Source of the DNA: a virus | Lineage: Duplodnaviria > Heunggongvirae > Uroviricota > Caudoviricetes | IMG/VR virus record: IMGVR_UViG_2563366824_000004 | Length of the DNA: 37,471 nt | Strand: one strand, 5' to 3' | The notes under the pieces: generated by a model | Told to the model about the DNA's origin: nothing | What the model saw: only the letters and a program-made list of their open reading frames with translations | Database searches by the model: none | Part shown: one piece after another, positions 18,031 through 26,760 of the stretch | Numbering within the stretch: the stretch's first letter is position 1 | Layout: each line of letters starts with the position of its first letter | Translations under genes and position numbers: made by a program

Positions 18031-18455
18031 ACCGGTTGCTGCTGGGTGTGCTGGCGTTATTACTGGCGGCGCTGGGCTGGCAGACGTGGCGGCTGGCTGA
18101 TGCCAGCCAGACCATCAGCACGCAGGCAGACGAGCTGCAGAGCAAAAGCCAGGCGCTGGCAAAGAGCAACAACCAGCTTATCAGCCTGTCCATTCTGACT
18201 GAAACTAACAACCGGGAGCAGGCGCGGCTCTATGCCGAAGCAGAACAGACCAGTGCACTGCTGAGACAACGACAACACCGGATTGAGGAACTGAAACGTG
18301 AGAACGAGGATTTACGCCGCTGGGCTGATACTCCTTTGCCTGCTGACATTATCCGGCTGCGAAAACGTCCAGCATTCACCGGAGGTGCAGCTTACCGTCA
18401 GTGGTTGTCCGCGAGTGACGCCGTGTCGGCTGGATCAGGCCGCGCCGCACACTAA
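18027..18455 (+). CDS. LysB / Rz-like i-spanin
   Basis: N-terminal TM anchor followed by a coiled-coil periplasmic domain rich in Q/E/R/L. Confidence 0.7.
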   Translation: MNRLLLGVLALLLAALGWQTWRLADASQTISTQADELQSKSQALAKSNNQLISLSILTETNNREQARLYAEAEQTSALLRQRQHRIEELKRENEDLRRWADTPLPADIIRLRKRPAFTGGAAYRQWLSASDAVSAGSGRAAH

Positions 18456-18588
18456 CGGTGATCTGAGCGCATTGCTGGATGAAACGGAAGCCGCTTGGGC
18501 GGTCTGTGCAGATAAAGTGGACATGATTATTGCGTGTCAGGAGCGAAACAGTGAACAAACCACAATCCCTGCGCCACGCCCTCAATAA
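18298..18588 (+). CDS. LysC / Rz1-like o-spanin lipoprotein, starting inside LysB in another frame
   Basis: Lipobox LTLSGC after a hydrophobic signal; Pro-rich mature part; embedded architecture as P2 lysB/lysC. Start codon uncertain (GTG). Confidence 0.55.
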   Translation: MRTRIYAAGLILLCLLTLSGCENVQHSPEVQLTVSGCPRVTPCRLDQAAPHTNGDLSALLDETEAAWAVCADKVDMIIACQERNSEQTTIPAPRPQ

Positions 18589-18982
18589 AGCGGTGCCTTA
18601 TGTCCGCAATAACCCGGACAAACTGCATCTGTTTGTGGATAACGGTTCGCTGGTTGCTACAGGGGCCAGCTCCATGTCATGGGAGTATCGTTACACCCTG
18701 AACGTGGTGGTTGAGGATTTCAGCGGCGACCAGAATCTGTTGATGGCCCCGGTTTTGCTGTGGCTGCGGGATAACCAGCCCGATGCCATCAATAACCCGG
18801 CGTTACGGGAAAAGTTATTCACCTTTGAGGTGGATATTCTGCGCAATGATGTCTGTGATATCAGCCTGAACCTGCAACTGACGGAGCGTGTGCTGGTCAG
18901 CACTGACGGCAGTGTGTCGAGCGTTGAAGCGATAACGGAACCCGATGAACCTGAAGAAATGTGGACGGTGAAACGTGGCTGA
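18551..18982 (+). CDS. R: Tail completion protein gpR
   Basis: GTG at 18551 with AGGAG upstream gives MNKPQSLRHALNKAVPYVRNNPDKLHLFVDNGS, resembling the P2 gpR N-terminus as recalled. Confidence 0.8.
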   Translation: MNKPQSLRHALNKAVPYVRNNPDKLHLFVDNGSLVATGASSMSWEYRYTLNVVVEDFSGDQNLLMAPVLLWLRDNQPDAINNPALREKLFTFEVDILRNDVCDISLNLQLTERVLVSTDGSVSSVEAITEPDEPEEMWTVKRG

Positions 18983-19418
18983 ATTGCAGAAAGTGGACGA
19001 CTGGCTGAGTGCCTTACTGGCGAATCTGGAGCCAGCTGCAAGAAGTCGCATGATGCGCCAACTGGCACAGGAGCTGCGCCGGACACAGCAGCAAAACATC
19101 AGGATGCAGCGCAATCCAGATGGCAGTAGTTATGAGCCGCGACGGGTAACAGCGCGCAGTAAAAAAGGCCGCATCAAACGTCAGATGTTTGCGAAGCTGC
19201 GCACCACAAAATACCTGAAAACTGCCGCCAGCGCCGATTCTGCCAGCGTGCAGTTTGAAGGTAAGGTGCAGCGCATTGCCCGTGTTCACCATTATGGACT
19301 GCGTGATCGTGTCAGTAAACGTGGGCCGATAGTTCATTATTCCAGACGATGCTTGCTAGGTATTAATGAGCCTATTAAAAAAGAAGTTGAGAGATTTTTG
19401 ATATATTGTATTTCATAA
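18975..19418 (+). CDS. S: Tail completion protein gpS
   Basis: GTG start overlapping the R stop; position after R. Confidence 0.75.
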   Translation: MAELQKVDDWLSALLANLEPAARSRMMRQLAQELRRTQQQNIRMQRNPDGSSYEPRRVTARSKKGRIKRQMFAKLRTTKYLKTAASADSASVQFEGKVQRIARVHHYGLRDRVSKRGPIVHYSRRCLLGINEPIKKEVERFLIYCIS

Positions 19419-19458
19419 CTTGCGTATATTGTTGCCCAGTGGCGATCTGGGCTTTATT

Positions 19459-21327
19459 TTAATTTTCAATGCTTTGCTTTAATTTATCTATTGCGGGAGT
19501 TAAACAATCATTTATGAGCTCATCGATTTGTAATGATAATATATTTGAGTTTATTTGAGTTTTCTTTTCAATTAGCTTTCTAATTAGCTCGCGGTGGAAA
19601 AAACGCTCTGCAGAAAGCTCTTTTAGATAAGGGGTGTTGTTGTATCGGTTTTTTATAGCATAGCCAAAGAAATGCATCTCGGTTGAGTCTATCAGTATTT
19701 TTGTTAGTTGTTCAGCATCACCAAAATAAAGAACTGGTTTGTCGTGAAATGAATAAATATCTTTGTTGTTGAAATTTAGATGTGCGTAATATTCATGATT
19801 TCCGGACTGTATTAATTTGAATATCTTTTGAGCGTCTTGGCTAAGTTGATATGCAATTAATACATTTTTCTTTTGTTCTATGTAATTAACAAGCTCCTTG
19901 AATTCCCTAGTTTCTTTGCAATGAAAAGTTAATCCTCTCCATCGCTCATCCTTAATGTCTTCATCAAAAATTTCATAACTAGTTTGTATCATTCCTTTTT
20001 CTGCTAAAATATCAACAGCAGAGTGGGCTAAGTTTGTTAAATAGTGTTCGTTGATGGGTTTTATATGTTCTCTGGATAAATGAAGTAATAATCCGTAAAT
20101 ATGCTTAAGAACATGCTCGTTCAATATTTCAAAATTAATAAGCGTATGAAGTGTTGAATTGTAATTTTCCTCAAATTCTGTGTATTTTAATCGATCATAA
20201 TTCCAAAGTTGTGTCCATGGCTCAATTGTTTTATTAGAAACACTGACGAATGTTATTAATTCAGATATTATTTTTTCTTGATTGATTTTCTGATTGTCAA
20301 TTATATCGATCCAGGTATCCTCGTCTAAGATTAAATTTGACAAATAAGTTGTACCATATTTTTCAATTAAATTGGATGTGTATTTATTATCATCATCTAT
20401 TTTATATGTTAACAAGTCAGAAACGGTTCGTTTTATTTTATTAGATTCAAAATAGAGTATAAAATGTAATTGATATAATCTGAGTGTCAAATCTGAATTT
20501 TGCTGAAACTGTGCTGGTAATATTTTGAATATTCTTTCAAAAAAAGAAATTTGCCTTTCAATTAATCTAATGTTATTACACTCTGAAAGAGTGAGTAAGC
20601 TCTCAATATTTTTTATGTTCAGAATGGTGTTGAGTTCGCTAGTTATATTTTTTAGAAAATATTCGTAGGCGTGAGAATGTTGAGGTTGATATTTGAAAGT
20701 TATACCTATAACTTTTTCTTTTGCATCTAAATAAATACCATCATGATTTTTATTTCTAGCGGGGTTTAATATTTCTCTCTCATTGGCGATAATCAAAACC
20801 TTGCATTCTTTTTCTTCAACGAAATTATTTATATAACCAAATATAGAATTCCAATCTAATTCGCAGCGTTCAAGATCATCAAATATCAATATGGTGTTTT
20901 CTGGTGAGTAGTAAAAGTCTTTAATGCTTACGTTGGGTAGTTCTGGGGAGCCCTCTACACTTGTAACGAATGAATCACTTAAATCAATCTTAAGTGTGCC
21001 TTTAATTAGTGCCTTAGTTAGTGTGCCAGCAAGCAACATGCCTTTAGATGAAAGGAAGGGATGCATTTGCTTGAAAATTATTTCGTCAATTTGTTCGGTG
21101 GATTTTATTCCATATAATGAGATCATTAATGGCTTAACTTTCCCTTTTAGTGATTCTTCATTCATTAATTTACGGACAAACCATGTTTTCCCGCTTCCCC
21201 ATTCGCCGTCAATCATTACTGCGAAATTAGGGGATTTTTCAAGATCCACTAAATAATTAAGATATGAGGTTAGCTCTTCATTGTAATTCATTGGATTGTA
21301 AGACCCTTCATACAATTTGAAAATCAC
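19459..21327 (-). CDS. KAP-family P-loop NTPase (622 aa), cargo gene between S and V
   Basis: Hallmark KAP Walker A DGEWGSGKTWF and Walker B ILIFDDLERC; strongly AT-rich; opposite strand to the flanking late genes. Start may be the ATG at 21291 rather than the GTG at 21327. Confidence 0.75.
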   Translation of the reverse strand: MIFKLYEGSYNPMNYNEELTSYLNYLVDLEKSPNFAVMIDGEWGSGKTWFVRKLMNEESLKGKVKPLMISLYGIKSTEQIDEIIFKQMHPFLSSKGMLLAGTLTKALIKGTLKIDLSDSFVTSVEGSPELPNVSIKDFYYSPENTILIFDDLERCELDWNSIFGYINNFVEEKECKVLIIANEREILNPARNKNHDGIYLDAKEKVIGITFKYQPQHSHAYEYFLKNITSELNTILNIKNIESLLTLSECNNIRLIERQISFFERIFKILPAQFQQNSDLTLRLYQLHFILYFESNKIKRTVSDLLTYKIDDDNKYTSNLIEKYGTTYLSNLILDEDTWIDIIDNQKINQEKIISELITFVSVSNKTIEPWTQLWNYDRLKYTEFEENYNSTLHTLINFEILNEHVLKHIYGLLLHLSREHIKPINEHYLTNLAHSAVDILAEKGMIQTSYEIFDEDIKDERWRGLTFHCKETREFKELVNYIEQKKNVLIAYQLSQDAQKIFKLIQSGNHEYYAHLNFNNKDIYSFHDKPVLYFGDAEQLTKILIDSTEMHFFGYAIKNRYNNTPYLKELSAERFFHRELIRKLIEKKTQINSNILSLQIDELINDCLTPAIDKLKQSIEN

Positions 21328-21344
21328 TATTTTCTTTTGATTTC

Positions 21345-21938
21345 ATGCAAACTGCAACCATGAACGCACAACTCACAGAAATTATGCGCCTTATCACCAA
21401 TCTGATCCGCACCGGCATTGTGACCGAAGTGGACCGGAACAAATGGCTGTGCCGGGTGAAGGTAGGCGAGCTTGAAACCAACTGGATTAACTGGCTGACG
21501 CTACGCGCCGGTGGTGCCCGTACATGGTGGTGCCCGTCGCCAGATGAGCAGGTGGTGGTGCTGAGCATGGGCGGCAATCTGGAAACCGCGTTTGCGCTGC
21601 CCGCCATCTATTCGAATCAGTTCGCACCACCGTCGACGTCGGCGGACGCCTGCGTGACAGAACATCCTGACGGTGGCTGGTTTGAATACGAACCCGCCAC
21701 CGGGCGCTGGTATGTCAGGGGCATCAAATCAATGGTCATTGAGGCTGCTGACAACATCACCATGAAAACCAGTGAGTTTGTACTGGAGGCTGACCGCACG
21801 CGCATTAACAGCGAAGTGGTGATCAATGGTGGCGTTACCCAGGGCGGCGGAGCGATGAGTTCTAACGGGATCGTGGTTGATGCGCATCAGCATACTGGCG
21901 TCCTGAAAGGCGGCGATACAACCGGAGGCCCGGTATGA
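21345..21938 (+). CDS. V: Baseplate spike/assembly protein gpV
   Basis: IRTGIVTEVD...WINWLTLRAGG...WWCPS...GVLKGGDTTGGP resembles P2 gpV as recalled. Start may be the internal ATG at 21360. Confidence 0.85.
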   Translation: MQTATMNAQLTEIMRLITNLIRTGIVTEVDRNKWLCRVKVGELETNWINWLTLRAGGARTWWCPSPDEQVVVLSMGGNLETAFALPAIYSNQFAPPSTSADACVTEHPDGGWFEYEPATGRWYVRGIKSMVIEAADNITMKTSEFVLEADRTRINSEVVINGGVTQGGGAMSSNGIVVDAHQHTGVLKGGDTTGGPV

Positions 21939-22294
21939 CGCTTTATAGCGGGATGAACAATACCAGCGGCAAAGTCATTACTGATATTGATCATCTGCGC
22001 CAGTCGGTGCGGGACATTCTGCTGACACCGCAGGGTAGCCGTATTGCCCGCCGGGAATATGGTTCCCTGCTGTCGGCACTGATAGATCAGCCACAAAATC
22101 CGGCATTACGCCTGCAGGTCATGTCGGCAGTGTATGTGGCGCTGAGTCGCTGGGAGCCACGGTTGACGCTGGATTCCATCACCATCAACAGCAATTTTGA
22201 CGGTTCAATGGTGGTGGAGCTGACCGGGCGGCGGAATAACGGTGTGCCTGTGTCCCTTTCCGTATCAACAGGAGCAGAGAATGGCAGTGATTGA
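21935..22294 (+). CDS. W: Baseplate protein gpW (gp25-like)
   Basis: 119 aa, coupled to V; the motif ILLTPQGSRIARREYGSLL is typical of the GPW/gp25 family. Confidence 0.85.
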   Translation: MTLYSGMNNTSGKVITDIDHLRQSVRDILLTPQGSRIARREYGSLLSALIDQPQNPALRLQVMSAVYVALSRWEPRLTLDSITINSNFDGSMVVELTGRRNNGVPVSLSVSTGAENGSD

Positions 22295-23189
22295 CCTTTC
22301 GCAGTTGCCTGCACCGCAGATTGTGGATGTGCCGGACTTTGAGGCGCTGCTTGCCGAACGCAAGGCAGAATTTGTGGCGCTTCATCCGAAAGATGAGCAG
22401 GAAGCAGTGATCCGCACGCTGGAACTGGAATCTGAACCCGCCACTAAATTGTTGCAGGAGAACGCTTACCGTGAGTTGCTTCTGCGCCAGCGCATTAACG
22501 AAGCCGCGCAGGCGGTGATGGTGGCTTACGCGATGGGCGGCGATCTTGACCAGCTCGCTGCCAACTACAACGTGACACGCCTGACGGTGACGCCTGCTGA
22601 TAATGATGCTGTGCCGCCCGTTGCAGCTGTGATGGAAAGCGATGAAGCGTTGCGCCTGCGTGTGCCTGCAGCCTTTGAAGGGCTTTCTGTTGCGGGGCCA
22701 ACTGCAGCTTATGAATTTCATGCCCGAAGCGCCGACGGTCGGGTGGCGGATGCCAGTGCAACCAGCCCGGCACCTGCAGAGGTGGTGCTGACTGTCCTTA
22801 GCCGCGAAGGCGATGGAACTGCAGAAAAAGACCTGCTGGACGTGGTGGAAAAAGCTCTGAACAGTGAGAACGTCCGCCCGGTGGCTGACCGTCTTACGGT
22901 TCGCAGCGCAGAAATCATCCCGTATCGCGTGGAAGCCACCATTTTTCTCTATCCTGGACCGGAAGCAGAGCCGGTAATGGCAGCGGCAAAAGCCAGCCTG
23001 CAGAAGTACATCGCCAGTCAGACGCGTCTTGGTCGGGATATTCGCCGTAGCGCCATCTTTGCCGCCCTGCATGTTGAGGGGGTGCAGCGTGTGGAGCTGG
23101 CTTCTCCTCTGGCGGATGTGGTCCTGAACAAAACACAGGCGGCATCATGTACGCAGTGGAGCGTAACCAACGGAGGAACGGATGAATAG
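22281..23189 (+). CDS. J: Baseplate protein gpJ
   Basis: ATG at 22281 with AGGAG upstream gives 302 aa, matching the P2 gpJ length; position after W. Confidence 0.85.
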   Translation: MAVIDLSQLPAPQIVDVPDFEALLAERKAEFVALHPKDEQEAVIRTLELESEPATKLLQENAYRELLLRQRINEAAQAVMVAYAMGGDLDQLAANYNVTRLTVTPADNDAVPPVAAVMESDEALRLRVPAAFEGLSVAGPTAAYEFHARSADGRVADASATSPAPAEVVLTVLSREGDGTAEKDLLDVVEKALNSENVRPVADRLTVRSAEIIPYRVEATIFLYPGPEAEPVMAAAKASLQKYIASQTRLGRDIRRSAIFAALHVEGVQRVELASPLADVVLNKTQAASCTQWSVTNGGTDE

Positions 23190-23787
23190 TCTGCTGCCAC
23201 CGGGTTCAACACCACTGGAGCGCCGACTGGCGCAAACCTGCAGCGGGATTTCTGATCTGCAGGTGCCGCTTCGTGACTTGTGGAATCCGGCAACCTGTCC
23301 GGTCAGTTTCCTGCCTTATCTCGCCTGGGCGTTCTCTGTGGATCGCTGGGACGAGGGCTGGACAGAAAGCGTCAAGCGCCAGGTGGTGAAGGATGCTTTT
23401 TATATTCATCAGCATAAAGGGACCACCAGTGCCGTGCGGCGGGTGGTGGAGCCGTTCGGATTCCTGATCCGCATTATTGAGTGGTGGCAGACCGGAGAAA
23501 CACCGGGCACGTTTCGCCTGGATATCGGCGTGCAGGACCAGGGCATCACTGAAGATACCTATCTGGAACTTGAGCGACTGATAAGCGATGCCAAACCATG
23601 TAGCCGCCACATGATCGGCATGTCCATCAATCTGCAGACCAGCGGCCCGCATTGGGTGGGAGCCGCCAGCTATCTTGGCGAAGAAATCACGATCTATCCG
23701 TATATCAACGAAACGATTATTTCCGGTGGCACCGCGCATGAAGGCGGGGCGGTCCATGTTATTGACACAATGAGAGTGAATCCATGA
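23182..23787 (+). CDS. I: Baseplate protein gpI
   Basis: Position between J and the tail fibre gene; GGAGG RBS. Confidence 0.8.
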   Translation: MNSLLPPGSTPLERRLAQTCSGISDLQVPLRDLWNPATCPVSFLPYLAWAFSVDRWDEGWTESVKRQVVKDAFYIHQHKGTTSAVRRVVEPFGFLIRIIEWWQTGETPGTFRLDIGVQDQGITEDTYLELERLISDAKPCSRHMIGMSINLQTSGPHWVGAASYLGEEITIYPYINETIISGGTAHEGGAVHVIDTMRVNP

Positions 23788-25223
23788 GCACAAAATTTTA
23801 TACCCTGCTGACGGATATTGGCGCGGCGAAACTTGCCAGCGCCGCCGCGCTCGGTGTGCCGCTAAAAATTACCCATATGGCGGTGGGCGATGGCGGTGGA
23901 GTATTGCCAACGCCGGACGCAAAGCAGACGGCACTGGTAAATGAGAAACGCCGGGCTGCGCTGAATATGCTTTATATCGACCCGCAGAACAGCAGCCAGA
24001 TTATTGCCGAACAGGTGATCCCTGAAAACGAGGGCGGTTGGTGGATACGTGAAGTGGGCTTGTTTGATGAGTCCGGGGCGTTGATTGCCGTGGGCAACTG
24101 CCCGGAAAGCTATAAGCCGCAACTGGCTGAAGGTAGCGGGCGCACTCAGACCGTGCGCATGGTGCTGATTACCAGCAGCACGGACAATATCACCCTGAAA
24201 ATCGACCCTGCTGTAGTGCTGGCAACCCGCAAGTATGTGGATGACAAGGCACTGGAGCTGAAGGTGTACGCGGATGATCAGATGGCAAAACATCTTGCCG
24301 CACCGGACCCGCATTCACAGTACGCGCCAAAAGCCAGCCCGACATTTACCGGAACCCCCAAAGCGCCAACGCCAGCGGCGGGAAATAATACCACGCAGGT
24401 TGCGACCACTGCGTTTGTACAGGCGGCACTGACGGCCCTTATTAATGGTGCGCCAGCCACGCTGGACACGCTGAAAGAAATAGCCGCAGCCATTAACAAT
24501 GATCCGAATTTCAGTACCACCATTAACAATGCGCTGGCACTAAAAGCACCGTTGTCGAGTCCGGCACTCACCGGAACGCCAACAGCCCCCACGGCGGCGC
24601 AGTCGGTCAACAATACACAGATTGCCACTACGGCTTTTGTGAAATCGGCGATTGCAGGAATGGTGGGTTCTGCACCTGCTGCACTGGATACACTGAACGA
24701 ACTGGCGGCGGCACTGGGGAATGATCCGAACTTTGCCACGACAATGCTTAATGCGCTGGCAGGTAAACAACCGCTGGACAATACGCTTACCAATTTGAGT
24801 GGAAAGGATGTAGCTGGTCTTCTCACATACCTTGGTTTGGGAGAAGCGGCAACGAGGAACGTCGGAACGGATACCGGGCAAGTACCAGATATGAGTAGTT
24901 TTACAACGGGGCACTCTGGAGCAGCAGACTGGCCGATTCCTAAATCTGGATGGAGTAAGGGGCCGGAAGGGGTAATTACACAATGGGGTATTTTCGGTTT
25001 CCCCGTTGGACAGACAGGGACGAATGTTGTTTTCCCGCTACCTTTCCCCGCGCGGGTCGAATCAATTACACTGACAATGGCAGATATCCAGGAGTCTCTG
25101 CTTTCTCCAACAACCATGCCTGCTTATGGAGTTAACTCAACTGGTACTTCAAGAACGGGTTTTACAGCCCGTATGTCAGGCGCCGGTGGGTTTAATCTTT
25201 GCTATATAGCGAAAGGGAGATAA
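23784..25223 (+). CDS. H: Tail fibre protein gpH, with a switchable C-terminal segment
   Basis: 479 aa; Ala/Thr/Asn-rich with internal tandem repeats; followed by a tail fibre assembly gene; contains a crossover site at 24830-24855. Confidence 0.85.
   Translation: MSTKFYTLLTDIGAAKLASAAALGVPLKITHMAVGDGGGVLPTPDAKQTALVNEKRRAALNMLYIDPQNSSQIIAEQVIPENEGGWWIREVGLFDESGALIAVGNCPESYKPQLAEGSGRTQTVRMVLITSSTDNITLKIDPAVVLATRKYVDDKALELKVYADDQMAKHLAAPDPHSQYAPKASPTFTGTPKAPTPAAGNNTTQVATTAFVQAALTALINGAPATLDTLKEIAAAINNDPNFSTTINNALALKAPLSSPALTGTPTAPTAAQSVNNTQIATTAFVKSAIAGMVGSAPAALDTLNELAAALGNDPNFATTMLNALAGKQPLDNTLTNLSGKDVAGLLTYLGLGEAATRNVGTDTGQVPDMSSFTTGHSGAADWPIPKSGWSKGPEGVITQWGIFGFPVGQTGTNVVFPLPFPARVESITLTMADIQESLLSPTTMPAYGVNSTGTSRTGFTARMSGAGGFNLCYIAKGR
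24333..24776 (+). repeat. Two tandem in-frame repeat units of about 222 bp (74 aa) inside the tail fibre gene
   Basis: ASPTFTGTPKAPTPAAGNNTTQVATTAFVQAALTALINGAPATLDTLKEIAAAINNDPNFSTTINNALALKAPL versus SSPALTGTPTAPTAAQSVNNTQIATTAFVKSAIAGMVGSAPAALDTLNELAAALGNDPNFATTMLNALAGKQPL. Confidence 0.7.
24830..24855. promoter_or_regulatory. Left 26-bp invertase crossover site (cix/gix/hix-like) inside the tail fibre gene
   Basis: TTCTCACATACCTTGGTTTGGGAGAA is an inverted copy (14 identical nt, TTGGTTTGGGAGAA) of the site at 26680-26705; resembles hixL TTCTTGAAAACCAAGGTTTTTGATAA as recalled. Confidence 0.55.
24830..25223 (+). other. Currently expressed variable tail fibre C-terminus (inside the invertible segment)
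   Basis: Portion of H downstream of the left crossover site. Confidence 0.5.
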
Positions 25224-25227
25224 CAGA

Positions 25228-25671
25228 ATGAATAAAGTTAAAAGTGTTTACAGCCCGTCCGAAAATGCAATCTACAACGCAGCGCTATATGAAAGTTATA
25301 TCAAGGAGGGGACATGGCCGCAGGATGGTATTGAAATCAGCGATGAGGATGCTGTCAGATTTAATGGGGGAAATAAGCCAACAGGAAAAATGCTGGGAAT
25401 GGTTTCAGGGACCCTTGCATGGGTTGATGAGCCGCCGCTTTCACCAGAACAGAAAATATCAGATGCAGAAAACATGAAAGCCACATTTCGTGCAAAAGCT
25501 GACAGTGAAATATCCTGGCGTCAGGATGCTGTTGATGCTGGTATCGCAACTGATGAAGAAACTTCAACTCTCACCCAATGGAAGAAATACCGTGTGCTGC
25601 TGATGCGTGTTGATACATCAACAGCCCCCGATATTGAATGGCCTACACCTCCGGCAGTTCAGGCCAGATGA
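25228..25671 (+). CDS. G: Tail fibre assembly protein gpG (147 aa)
   Basis: C-terminal motif TSTAPDIEWP typical of tail fibre assembly chaperones; directly after H. Confidence 0.8.
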   Translation: MNKVKSVYSPSENAIYNAALYESYIKEGTWPQDGIEISDEDAVRFNGGNKPTGKMLGMVSGTLAWVDEPPLSPEQKISDAENMKATFRAKADSEISWRQDAVDAGIATDEETSTLTQWKKYRVLLMRVDTSTAPDIEWPTPPAVQAR

Positions 25672-26236
25672 CATCCGGCGCGGTGCTGGTATCTGTTGCC
25701 GTCACCGCGTCAATGTAATCCAGCACGGCGTTAAGGCGGGTGGTTTCTGCCTGCGTCAGCCTCCGCCCGGCCTGTAATTTCAGCTGAATCAGACTGATGG
25801 AAGCCATTGCAGCATCAATCAGTGACTGGCGCTGTGCTTCTGCCGCGTCTACTGCGGCACCGTGTTGTGCCTCAGTATCTGTCACCCATTTCTCACCATC
25901 CCATTTATCATATGGCGTTAACGGTGAAAGCGTGACATAACCGTTTTTGATGGCACCGATATAATCCACTGTAACAGCAGCACCATTTTCGATTGAGTAA
26001 ACAGTCTCATTGCGATGGTCTTCTTCATGGCTCCATCCCTTACCTGTAAATACTGCCACTCTTCCCGGAATGTTTTCGCCAGGGTCAATACCAGTGGAAC
26101 AGGCGGGCATACTTACGCCAGTATTAATATATTCATCAGACCAGCCCGTATACTCAGATGTTTCAGCATCATAATAAAAACAACGCATATCGCCCGGCAC
26201 TGTAGCCAGCCCATTTTTATCAAAAACAGGTTTCAT
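25643..26236 (-). CDS. Alternative tail fibre assembly protein (197 aa), opposite orientation
   Basis: C-terminus ATDTSTAPDVIWPELP parallels gpG; converges on and overlaps G by 29 bp, as U/U' do in Mu-type invertible segments. Confidence 0.75.
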   Translation of the reverse strand: MKPVFDKNGLATVPGDMRCFYYDAETSEYTGWSDEYINTGVSMPACSTGIDPGENIPGRVAVFTGKGWSHEEDHRNETVYSIENGAAVTVDYIGAIKNGYVTLSPLTPYDKWDGEKWVTDTEAQHGAAVDAAEAQRQSLIDAAMASISLIQLKLQAGRRLTQAETTRLNAVLDYIDAVTATDTSTAPDVIWPELPEV

Positions 26237-26733
26237 TATTTAGCCCTCACCAGAAAGTTAAATGCAATATTGCGCGGTCTGACAGCAACAAAATTCACAC
26301 CATCACCCACAGAGTTACTGGTGAAATTAAATCGTGAAAATCCTGGCTGATTTCCGGCGATGCCATCATGAAAGTTAATTGCGTGTCCCGCACCTTCGCC
26401 TATATTCCCGGCAAACTGAGAAAAGTTTGTAGCTGCCTGCCAGCTTAATAATTCGCGACCACCGTCTGCACCTCGTCCGTCATCCCAGATACGAATGAAA
26501 TCACCGCGGGCTTCAGGTAATACCAGCGAAGGAAATACTTTCGCCAGCACAGGATAATCAGTGGCAGAGAATTTCGCGCCGTTGAACTTCAAAAACACCA
26601 TACTGGACCAGCTGTCGATTACAGTATTTGGCATTGCAGCGGACGGCCAGAAGAACGGAACGCCAATAGCTGGAGCACCTTCTCCCAAACCAACGTTTAA
26701 GAAAATGCAGAGGTAACAGCTAACTGGCATCAT
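26236..26733 (-). CDS. Alternative tail fibre C-terminal variable segment, silent in this orientation
   Basis: Reading frame continues through the right crossover site (encodes NVGLGEG, parallel to H YLGLGEA at the left site); on inversion it would fuse to the constant part of H. The ATG at 26733 is probably fortuitous. Confidence 0.65.
   Translation of the reverse strand: MMPVSCYLCIFLNVGLGEGAPAIGVPFFWPSAAMPNTVIDSWSSMVFLKFNGAKFSATDYPVLAKVFPSLVLPEARGDFIRIWDDGRGADGGRELLSWQAATNFSQFAGNIGEGAGHAINFHDGIAGNQPGFSRFNFTSNSVGDGVNFVAVRPRNIAFNFLVRAK
26680..26705. promoter_or_regulatory. Right 26-bp invertase crossover site
   Basis: TTCTCCCAAACCAACGTTTAAGAAAA; inverted relative to the site at 24830-24855; imperfect internal dyad around a central AA dinucleotide. 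Confidence 0.55.
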
Positions 26734-26760
26734 CTCCGGTTTTTATTCAGGGGGATGATC

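Larger units (their letters stand above)
24830..26705. other. Invertible DNA segment (G-segment / C-segment type) carrying alternative tail fibre C-termini and assembly genes
   Basis: Bounded by the inverted 26-bp sites; contains convergent G and alternative assembly genes and an oppositely oriented variable fibre segment; invertase gene immediately to the right. Confidence 0.6.

Noticed and set aside
21297-21314. TGT-N12-ACA dyad (TGTAAGACCCTTCATACA) upstream of V, overlapping the KAP gene 5' end.
   Set aside because: It is centred only about 40-55 bp from the V start codons, closer than the -55 geometry plus a leader would allow, and this 6-nt pattern is expected by chance several times in 37 kb. 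Kept as a possibility only.
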